DNA of 39,663 nucleotides from a virus (taxonomy: Duplodnaviria > Caudoviricetes), in the IMG/VR virus record IMGVR_UViG_3300029171_000022, positions 1-39,663 of that record. One strand, given 5' to 3'. Within the stretch, counting starts at the first letter, position 1, and the number at the start of each line of letters is the position of its first letter. Made by a program: the position numbers and the translations under genes. This document shows positions 18,429 to 25,355 of the stretch, in pieces. The notes under the pieces are model-generated. The model searched no databases and was not told where the DNA came from. It saw only the letters and a list, made by a program, of their open reading frames with translations.

Positions 18429-18652
18429 CAGTTGGAAAACTTAAAAAAATATTGAGCAAGATTTCAGACAGAACAGAAGTTGTTGTTGACAAAGACTCAC
18501 TGTGGGATGGAAACAAAACTTTCACCATCTGTTCTGTGAAATCACATGAGCATGAATTTGTCAGACTGTGTGATGGTGATGGGTTTGGTCTTTATAATTC
18601 AAAAGGTCATGAGCGTGGATCTTTTAAACTTATTTTAAAAGGTGGAAGCTAA
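18419..18652 (+). CDS. Hypothetical protein
   Basis: MTVGKLKKILS N-terminal motif common in small phage proteins; probable start 18425. Confidence 0.6.
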   Translation: MQMTVGKLKKILSKISDRTEVVVDKDSLWDGNKTFTICSVKSHEHEFVRLCDGDGFGLYNSKGHERGSFKLILKGGS

Positions 18653-18653
18653 A

Positions 18654-18791
18654 ATGATTTGCAATGGAATTGAACTCAGAACAGTTGACATCATTTGTTG
18701 GTTGCTGATGTTGGTGCTTGGGACTTGGAAGTGCATTGACTTGATTCATGCAACCCCATTGCTGGTGGAATGGTTAGTGAAAAAAATTGAA
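18654..18791 (+). CDS. 45-aa membrane peptide, absent from ORF track
   Basis: MICNGIELRTVDIICWLLMLVLGTWKCIDLIHATPLLVEWLVKKN; fills the gap between neighbours almost exactly. Confidence 0.55.
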
Positions 18792-18793
18792 CA

Positions 18794-19102
18794 ATGGAGC
18801 AAGAGATGAACACAGTTGAACCCCAAAAAGTTATTCTCAGAAAAAAGATCCCAGTGGAACAAAAGCTGAAGCCAGTCAAGTTTCTCAACCTTTACTTTCC
18901 AAATGGAGCAACAGTTGATGAGTGTCAGAAGATTGCTCAACAGGCTGAAGAGTTGGTTGATTCAAGAATTGACTCTGGTGGGTTCAGTCAGAAAACAATC
19001 CACATGGAAGATGGCTGGGTTGATGACTCAATGATCTTTTCATTTGGTCACGCAAAAAATCCAACAACAATCAGAGTCCCAGTTTTGGGTTCTGTAAAAT
19101 AG
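18794..19102 (+). CDS. Hypothetical protein
   Basis: 102-aa ORF in the operon. Confidence 0.55.
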   Translation: MEQEMNTVEPQKVILRKKIPVEQKLKPVKFLNLYFPNGATVDECQKIAQQAEELVDSRIDSGGFSQKTIHMEDGWVDDSMIFSFGHAKNPTTIRVPVLGSVK

Positions 19103-19115
19103 AAAGAAGGAATCA

Positions 19116-19355
19116 ATGTCACGTTTTGATTATATTGCTTATGATGAGAAAGCCCAAGGGGATCAGGCTGGAGCAAAGCAACAAGTGGAAGCCTTGGAAA
19201 ATTATATCGAAAGAACAATGAATGGATCAAGAGCCAAGGCTCTGGCCCTGACAAAGCTTGAAGAGGTTTATATGTGGATCGGAAAAGGGATCAGAGATGA
19301 TCAGATCCAGCGCAATGGATCAGCACCACTTCAAGAAGAGAGAGCCAGCTCATGA
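19116..19355 (+). CDS. Acb2/Tad1-family cyclic-nucleotide sponge (anti-defence) candidate
   Basis: 79 aa with SRAKALALTKLEEVYMWIGKGI, matching the R..A.A.TKL(E/Q)E..MW helical-hairpin motif of Acb2/Tad1; AAGGA SD. Confidence 0.75.
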   Translation: MSRFDYIAYDEKAQGDQAGAKQQVEALENYIERTMNGSRAKALALTKLEEVYMWIGKGIRDDQIQRNGSAPLQEERASS

Positions 19356-19374
19356 AGTGGCTTAATATTTAAGA

Positions 19375-19536
19375 ACCAACAGGCGTGGTCAGCTGGTGAT
19401 CTCCGTTGCTGGATGGAGCCACTGATCTTGATGTGGACTTGTGTTGAGCTGGACACAGCTCTGGGGATGCCCAAAACAAGATGCACACATGACAGCATGG
19501 AAGATGGGGAAGTCTAAGCATCCCCCATCATTTTTT
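19375..19536 (+). ncRNA. Candidate structured non-coding RNA or leader/trailer
   Basis: Long hairpin 19387-19427, three-way junction 19431-19490, terminator-like hairpin 19503-19536; folded by eye; strand inferred from G-U pairs. Confidence 0.4.
19503..19536 (+). terminator. Intrinsic terminator of the middle operon
   Basis: GATGGGG/CCCCATC stem followed by ATTTTTT at the convergence of two operons. Confidence 0.6.
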
Positions 19537-19550
19537 CTTCTGTGGCCCAG

Positions 19551-19760
19551 TCAGAGGGGTTTGGCTGGGCTGATTTTTTCCAGTGTTTTAAAATCAGTGG
19601 TGATCCCAGTTGATTTGCAGCTTGAACAAGTGAACCACAGAGTCAGCTTCTTGAAGCCAGATGACTCCAATGAGATGGCCATGTTGATGGAGTTGGCTCC
19701 ATTACAAACCACCCCACATGAACACTTTTTGAAGAATTGAAATTTATTTCTAGTCTTCAT
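19551..19760 (-). CDS. Zinc-ribbon protein (FKKCSCG...WFTCxxCxSTG), paralogue 1
   Basis: Start refined to MKTRNK at 19760; four Cys ligands. Confidence 0.7.
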   Translation of the reverse strand: MKTRNKFQFFKKCSCGVVCNGANSINMAISLESSGFKKLTLWFTCSSCKSTGITTDFKTLEKISPAKPL

Positions 19761-20088
19761 AATATCTTTCATCATCATGCAACCCACCTTCAGCAGATCC
19801 AGCAAACTTGAGCATGGATTTTTGTTTTAGTTCACCACTAACAATTTCAGCAAAGCATTCAACCTGATAGGTTCTCAAAATCATTTCAAAAATTTTCTTT
19901 CTTTCAAGCGGCTTCACGCTGAAAATAACAAAAAGCTGGCCAAGTGTTTCCATGGGAACCTTTGATTGACCACGCTCCATCAAAGAAACAAACTGGCCAG
20001 AAGACAGCCCAAGTCTTTTTGACACTTCAAGCTGAGTCAACCCAGCCTTCTCACGTTTTGATTTTAAAATTTCATAAATTGTTTTCAT
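19750..20088 (-). CDS. XRE-family HTH transcriptional regulator
   Basis: LKSKREKAGLTQLEVSKRLGLSSGQFVSLMERG; AGGAG SD favours ATG 20088 (track start 20094). Confidence 0.85.
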   Translation of the reverse strand: MKTIYEILKSKREKAGLTQLEVSKRLGLSSGQFVSLMERGQSKVPMETLGQLFVIFSVKPLERKKIFEMILRTYQVECFAEIVSGELKQKSMLKFAGSAEGGLHDDERYYED

Positions 20089-20097
20089 GTTCATCTC

Positions 20098-20388
20098 CTA
20101 TTTCTTGTAATTTATTTTATAAGATCCAGTCATCCCAGTTGATTCACACTTTGGACAAGTAAACCAAACACCCATCTCGCTCATCTTTATTTCTAAAGAA
20201 TTACTCTGATCAAGATTGTTGCCACATGAGCAAATCTTTTTGAATGATATTGATTGCAATGGAAGATTTGCAGCAGCACTGTTGTTTGCTCTTTTCACAG
20301 CTTTTCTTGCAATATCATTCACATTCAAATCAAACAACTCAGCTCTTTTTAAATCTTCAGCTTCAAACCTGATTGATCTGGTTTTCAC
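20098..20388 (-). CDS. RHH (CcdA/CopG-like) plus zinc-ribbon fusion, paralogue 2
   Basis: MKTRSIRFEAEDLKRAELFDLNVNDIARKAV then FKKICSCG...WFTCPKCESTG. Confidence 0.65.
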   Translation of the reverse strand: MKTRSIRFEAEDLKRAELFDLNVNDIARKAVKRANNSAAANLPLQSISFKKICSCGNNLDQSNSLEIKMSEMGVWFTCPKCESTGMTGSYKINYKK

Positions 20389-20552
20389 TACCCACCAGCC
20401 AATCTTAAATCTGTTTTTGCTTCTCTTATTTGAAATTTAATCAGTCTCAATTCAATTCTGATGTCTTCTTTTTTTGCCATGTCTTCTGTCTCAGTATAAG
20501 CCAAGTTAAGGTCTTTTATTTTTTGCTCTAAACTTTTAATTTTTGTTTTCAT
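20388..20552 (-). CDS. 54-aa coiled-coil protein, absent from ORF track
   Basis: MKTKIKSLEQKIKDLNLAYTETEDMAKKEDIRIELRLIKFQIREAKTDLRLAGG; AAAGGA SD; TAGTG overlap with the next gene. Confidence 0.7.
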   Translation of the reverse strand: MKTKIKSLEQKIKDLNLAYTETEDMAKKEDIRIELRLIKFQIREAKTDLRLAGG

Positions 20553-20680
20553 CTTCTCATCCTTTGTTGTTTATAGAATAACACAATGAGTTGCAAAAGA
20601 AAGTGAATTGAAAATCTTACACTAAGATCATTTGTGGTTGACCTGATTGTGTTAAATTGAGACAAGTGTCACAAATAAAT
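20553..20680. promoter_or_regulatory. Divergent promoter/operator region
   Basis: Inverted pair TAACACAATGAG (20579-20590) / CTGATTGTGTTA (20643-20654), each running into a TGn-extended -10-like hexamer; central palindrome ATCTTA-CAC-TAAGAT (20614-20628). Confidence 0.6.
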
Positions 20681-20692
20681 ATGGAGATGCAA

Positions 20693-21685
20693 GTGGCAAA
20701 AAAATCAGAACCAAAAGAAGTGAACAAAGATGTTGATCCCAAGCAAGAGCTTGTGGTGAAGCAAGAACAGCAAGTATCAATCTCAACAGAACAAAGGTTG
20801 GCTCAAGATGTGGACACTTATTGCAAAGCCAAGATGGACTTTGCAACACAAGAAGAGAGACAGCTTTTTTTCTCTGTGGCCACAGCCAGAAGGTTGAACC
20901 CACTTGCAAATCAACTTCATGCTGTTCCAAGAAAGAAGAGATCAAAAAATGAGCGTGGTCAATGGGAAGAAAAAACAGTCATGGAGATCCAGACTGGCAT
21001 TGATGGACTCAGGTTGATTGCTGAACGCTCTGACAAATATGCTGGGCAAGTTGGCCCACACTGGTGTGGAAAAGATGGAGTGTGGAAAGATGTTTGGCTG
21101 GAAAAAAATCCCCCAGCAGCTGCAAGAGTTGGTGTCTTAAAAACAACATTCAAAGAGCCACTTTATTCAATAGCATTGTTTGAAGCCTATGCTCAAGTCT
21201 ATGATGGGAAGCCCACATATATTTGGGAAAAGATGGGAGCTTCTCAGTTGGCCAAGTGTGCTGAAGCCTTGGCGCTCAGAAAAGCTTTCCCAGAAGACAT
21301 GGGTGGTCTTTATACAAATGATGAGATGGCCCAAGCTGAACAGGCTGAACCAAAGGATGTTGGCCCAAAGGGTGAAAACAAAAACTCAACCAGCACCCCA
21401 CAGAACTCCAACAAAGCTGAGAACCACAAGTCTGACACAAAATCCCCTGTCTGGTGGATTGAGAATGCAGCAAACTTTGGACAATCCAGACTGAACTTTG
21501 GTCAAGAACGTGGCAAAACATTTGATGAGATTGGCGCTGTGGCCTTGAATGACATCATGCAAAAGGCAATCAAAGAAGCAAAAGATCAGTCCAAGATTCC
21601 AAAAGAGTTCATGGATCTTGCCATCTTTGTGGAGAACTGGATGCTGGAGAAAAATGAGCTTGCACCAGAACCTTCTTTTGAATAA
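20693..21685 (+). CDS. bet: Bet/RecT-family single-strand annealing recombinase
   Basis: LNPL..Q.HAV, IQTGIDGLRLIAERS..YAG, W.KM...QLAKCAEALALRKAFP...GLYT.DEM; GTG start after GGAG (track start 20657). Confidence 0.9.
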   Translation: MAKKSEPKEVNKDVDPKQELVVKQEQQVSISTEQRLAQDVDTYCKAKMDFATQEERQLFFSVATARRLNPLANQLHAVPRKKRSKNERGQWEEKTVMEIQTGIDGLRLIAERSDKYAGQVGPHWCGKDGVWKDVWLEKNPPAAARVGVLKTTFKEPLYSIALFEAYAQVYDGKPTYIWEKMGASQLAKCAEALALRKAFPEDMGGLYTNDEMAQAEQAEPKDVGPKGENKNSTSTPQNSNKAENHKSDTKSPVWWIENAANFGQSRLNFGQERGKTFDEIGAVALNDIMQKAIKEAKDQSKIPKEFMDLAIFVENWMLEKNELAPEPSFE

Positions 21686-21744
21686 CATTTAATTTCTAGC
21701 CAACACAATCCCCAGCCTTGCATCTGGGTGAAAGTTTGGTGATC

Positions 21745-21785
21745 AGCTGGTTGCAAAGTTATGACTTGCCACTGGCTTTTTTTTT
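21745..21785 (+). terminator. Intrinsic terminator after bet
   Basis: Imperfect stem AGCTGGT.GCAA/TTGC.ACTGGCT followed by a T9 tract. Confidence 0.6.
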
Positions 21786-21800
21786 GCCCATCATCATGTC

Positions 21801-22193
21801 ATGGGCAGTTCAAATTTCACAGACAAAGCAGTTTCAAATCTTCACACTGACAGAGATCCACCAGTTGGCAACTCTGCTGGTGATGATGGACGTGGAAGAC
21901 TCCACACAAAAATTTCAAACAAAGCAGATGAACCAGTCCCAGTCATATTCACAAATGGTGGGGGTGTTCTCACCACAGAAAAAACAGCTGTCACAATTTC
22001 AGCTGGACAGATCAACACATGGGTGACTGTCCCACTTATTGCCATCAACAATGTTGTGACCATAGAAACATTTGATGACTTAGATCTTAACAGAATAATT
22101 ATGCAGTGGAGAATCAACATGGGGACAATTGTTCAAGTGAACAGTCCAACCCCACTGACATTCACTGTTCACACAATCGGTTATATTTCATAA
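21801..22193 (+). CDS. Putative virion accessory protein
   Basis: 130 aa beta-rich; first gene of the fibre-like cluster. Confidence 0.5.
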   Translation: MGSSNFTDKAVSNLHTDRDPPVGNSAGDDGRGRLHTKISNKADEPVPVIFTNGGGVLTTEKTAVTISAGQINTWVTVPLIAINNVVTIETFDDLDLNRIIMQWRINMGTIVQVNSPTPLTFTVHTIGYIS

Positions 22194-22207
22194 TATAGGA
22201 GAAAGAA

Positions 22208-22888
22208 ATGGCACAAAAAGTCTATACAGATTTTGACATGAATGAACAAGAGATCAGAAATGTGAGCGTTGAAAAACTTGGCGCTCATCCTTCTGGTGGT
22301 GGCTTATTTCAAGGCCGCATCTGGGAGCTGACAACAGATGGCAAGGTTTATTATTATGATGGCACTACAATCAGAGCAGTTGCTTCTGAAGCTTATGTGA
22401 CAGCAGCAATCAATCAGCTTGGACAAATCCAAGGTGGCTTCAGCGCTGTGGCTGGCTTGCTTCCAACAGCAGCAAACAAAACCCAAGGTGACTTGACCAC
22501 AATCAAGAAGGGTGACTTTTGGGTCATCACAGCTGCTGGGACAATCGCTGGGATTGGTGGATCTGATGTTCTTTCAATTGGTGACTTGATTCAGTTCTTT
22601 GGAACTACACCAGCCACACCAGCTGACTGGATTGGCATCCAAAGAAACCTTGATGACGCTGCTATTGGTGATGTCAGAGGTGAGAAACAAACAGTGAGTC
22701 TGGTGGCAAACACCCCACTTCCTGTGAATGCTGCAACAATCTCAAACATCCATTCAATTCAAGTTTACAACTCAGCTGGTGATCTTTTGATTTTAGACAT
22801 TCAAAAGCTTGGTGGAAACAATCAGAGAACTCTGACATCAAAGAAAGCTCTGACAAATGTTGTTGTTGAGATGACTGGAATTCTGTGA
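22208..22888 (+). CDS. Putative head/tail fibre protein
   Basis: DFDMNEQEIRNV..EKL..HP...GRIW..TTDGKVYYYDGT and KGDFWVITAAGT...IGD motifs typical of virion fibres; AGGAG SD. Confidence 0.6.
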   Translation: MAQKVYTDFDMNEQEIRNVSVEKLGAHPSGGGLFQGRIWELTTDGKVYYYDGTTIRAVASEAYVTAAINQLGQIQGGFSAVAGLLPTAANKTQGDLTTIKKGDFWVITAAGTIAGIGGSDVLSIGDLIQFFGTTPATPADWIGIQRNLDDAAIGDVRGEKQTVSLVANTPLPVNAATISNIHSIQVYNSAGDLLILDIQKLGGNNQRTLTSKKALTNVVVEMTGIL

Positions 22889-23439
22889 AGACAGTTGTTG
22901 ATGTTGATTTTGAAAGTGTTGCAAGGGGGATCAACTCAATTGATCCATCCAGCGCCCAAGATTTGGCAACAAAAAACTATGTTGATTTAAGATCAAGAAG
23001 GTTCAGAACAACAGTTGCTCAATCATCAACAGTTGTGGCATTTGCAAACATCACACAACTCACGACACTTTCACTTCCAGTTGGATCTTATAAGTTTACA
23101 GCACTAATCAAGATAAGATCAGCAACAACTTCAAATGGATATGGTTTAAGATTTCAAAATGGATCAGCAACAGTTTCAAATGTAATTGCCCAATGGAGAC
23201 TGCCAGCCAATGCTGACTTTTCCACCAATCAAAACATCATTTACTCCCAAAGAGCTTTAACAGACAACAACGTGGCTGGAACCATAGGAGCTGCAAACAC
23301 AGATTATTGTGCAGTTGGTGAAGGGACATTCACAGTCACAGCTGCTGGCACAGTAGCAATTCAACTAAGAAGTGAAGCGGCTGGAACAGCTGTCACTGTT
23401 GGGATAGGCTCATGCTTAGTTGTGGAGAATTTAACATGA
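22885..23439 (+). CDS. Short fibre / receptor-binding-like protein
   Basis: DPSSAQDLATKNYVD fibre repeat followed by a C1q/BclA-like beta-sandwich (AAGTVAIQ...TVGIGS.L). Confidence 0.65.
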   Translation: MKTVVDVDFESVARGINSIDPSSAQDLATKNYVDLRSRRFRTTVAQSSTVVAFANITQLTTLSLPVGSYKFTALIKIRSATTSNGYGLRFQNGSATVSNVIAQWRLPANADFSTNQNIIYSQRALTDNNVAGTIGAANTDYCAVGEGTFTVTAAGTVAIQLRSEAAGTAVTVGIGSCLVVENLT

Positions 23440-23861
23440 TAAATTATAATGGAGTTTTAATTGAAAATGAGGTTGATCTTGAAGTGGTTATTGCTGGAGA
23501 ACCAGAAGCCACAAAAATATATTTAAGATCTGAATTCCATGGAACTGCAACAGCTCCAACACTCACACAAAAAGAGAAAGACTTTAATAAGTATATGAAA
23601 AGAGCAGCATCCACTGACAAGATCATTTCTGAGATGGCAGCTGAGAACATGGAGAGAGTTAGAAATGGTGTTTGGACTGTGGCCCAGCTTGTTGAACTAA
23701 CACAAGATGCAGATCTTAAACTTGTTTTAAATGACATTGAAACACTTAGCCTTGAACTTGCCTATCAAAAACTTCAAGCTGCAACAAATCCACTTTTAAC
23801 AACTGATATAAAAAATCAATGGAGTCAGAAACTAATTAACCACTTTTTCAATGGTGGATAG
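23436..23861 (+). CDS. Putative fibre chaperone, paralogue of 4557-5129
   Basis: ATGA overlap, GGAG SD; helical pattern shared with the post-tail-fibre gene. Confidence 0.5.
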   Translation: MINYNGVLIENEVDLEVVIAGEPEATKIYLRSEFHGTATAPTLTQKEKDFNKYMKRAASTDKIISEMAAENMERVRNGVWTVAQLVELTQDADLKLVLNDIETLSLELAYQKLQAATNPLLTTDIKNQWSQKLINHFFNGG

Positions 23862-24411
23862 GAGTGAACAAGCTATGAACACAAAATCACCCCCCCTGTT
23901 TGTTTTCTTTTCAAAAAGAGATGCGCTTTTCTCAAGACTCATTTCATATTTTCAAGATGGAATCAGTCACACTGGCTTCAGATTTTATCTTCCACTTATC
24001 ACCACCCCATGGATTCTTGAAGCAAAAGCTTCTGGTGGTTTTGGATATTCAGACCATGAAGAGTTTGAAAAGACTGTTGATGTGGTTGAAGAGTTTGAAG
24101 TCCTTTGGACTCATGAAGAACGTGAACACTTTATTGATTTGACAAAAAAGCTGTTGCGTGAAAAATATGGACTGTTGGGACTGGTTGGAATGACAGTTGT
24201 CTTGTTGTGCAAGAAGCTTGGTGGTTGGAGTGACAACCCATTCCCACAAGGGATTTTTTGTTCACAAGCAACATATAGAATTTTGAAAGATGTTTTCAAA
24301 TTTTATATTGATGGCAACCCAAATGAAAGAAGGGTTGGCCCAGATGATCTAAGAATCATGCTTAGACAGCTGGCCATCACACAACCAGAGAAAGTGAAGA
24401 AAACAAAATGA
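23851..24411 (+). CDS. Permuted papain-like (NlpC/P60, YaeF/YiiX-type) amidase/peptidase
   Basis: SRLI..F....SHTG (His), LEA, KYG, FCSQ (Cys), GPDDL in permuted order. Confidence 0.7.
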   Translation: MVDRSEQAMNTKSPPLFVFFSKRDALFSRLISYFQDGISHTGFRFYLPLITTPWILEAKASGGFGYSDHEEFEKTVDVVEEFEVLWTHEEREHFIDLTKKLLREKYGLLGLVGMTVVLLCKKLGGWSDNPFPQGIFCSQATYRILKDVFKFYIDGNPNERRVGPDDLRIMLRQLAITQPEKVKKTK

Positions 24412-24704
24412 GACTAAGATATTTACTTTTTAAAGATGCACCGCAAATGAAAGACAGAAGTCAGCCAGATGAAATGGTTGCTGATGTGAAAATTCTTGGT
24501 GAAGATGAGCTTGCTGTTCTTCCATATATTGAAGCCACACCAGAGCAGTTCAATGAATATCTTTCTTCAATCTCCAGCATTCAACAGGCTTGGGAAAAAA
24601 CCCAACCATTTTTGGTTGAAACAACTCATGGGAAGCGTGAAGAGAGAATCATGCTTGATGGAAAGCTCCAACCCAGACCAGCATTGGAACCATCCAACAA
24701 TTAG
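24408..24704 (+). CDS. Hypothetical protein
   Basis: 98 aa, ATGA overlap. Confidence 0.6.
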   Translation: MRLRYLLFKDAPQMKDRSQPDEMVADVKILGEDELAVLPYIEATPEQFNEYLSSISSIQQAWEKTQPFLVETTHGKREERIMLDGKLQPRPALEPSNN

Positions 24705-24728
24705 TGATAGGATGTTTGTGGGAGAACA

Positions 24729-25355
24729 TTGATCATGGGAAAACCAAGCCTTGACATTCTGAATGGTCTTTCACCACAACAGGACATATTTGTCAGGGAA
24801 TTCCATCTCACATCCAATGCAACCCAAGCAGCAATCAAAGCTGGATATTCAGAGAAGACAGCAGATCAGCAAGGATCAAGACTGTTGAACTCTGTCAAGG
24901 TGCAGCAAGCCCTAAGTCTATTGCAAGAAGAAACAAAAAAAACTTATGGGATTGATAAGGACAGAATCATCAAAGAGCTTTTGGTGATTGCTTATGGAAG
25001 GATTGCAGATTGCTTTGATTGGTCTGATGGTGTGGCCAAGCTCAAGCCCAAAGAGCAGCTGACAGATGAAAATTTGGCAATGCTAGACAACATCTCATTC
25101 TCAAAATCTGAAGGTCCATCTGGCCAGTTTGACAGAGATGGAAACCCAATCATGGAAACCAGAGTTTCAGTTTCTGCTGGATCAATTTCAAAGCAAAAAC
25201 TTGCAGCTCTTAAAATGCTGGCTCAGATCTCTGGCATCATCCCAATGTTCAGCACTGGATCTGGAGAGCAAAATGTTTTCAACAACACACAAAACAATCT
25301 GATCTTTGTGGCTGAGTGGGGGACTGGTGCAGCAATCAAGAAGATCTCAGACTAA
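24729..25355 (+). CDS. terS: Terminase small subunit
   Basis: LSPQQDIFVREF...NATQAAIKAGYSEKTA...GSRLL...V canonical Terminase_2 N-terminus. Confidence 0.93.
   Translation: MIMGKPSLDILNGLSPQQDIFVREFHLTSNATQAAIKAGYSEKTADQQGSRLLNSVKVQQALSLLQEETKKTYGIDKDRIIKELLVIAYGRIADCFDWSDGVAKLKPKEQLTDENLAMLDNISFSKSEGPSGQFDRDGNPIMETRVSVSAGSISKQKLAALKMLAQISGIIPMFSTGSGEQNVFNNTQNNLIFVAEWGTGAAIKKISD

Noticed and set aside
19375-19536. tRNA or hammerhead ribozyme
   Set aside because: No TTCRA T-loop or cloverleaf; no CTGAnGA/GAAA core in the right arrangement.
19441-19740. 99-aa plus-strand ORF
   Set aside because: Crosses a terminator and lies antisense to the zinc-ribbon gene; no recognisable features.
25306-25355. 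TerS-TerL frameshift fusion
   Set aside because: Overlap is explained by a GTG start at 25327 with a GGGGGA SD; no clear slippery site.
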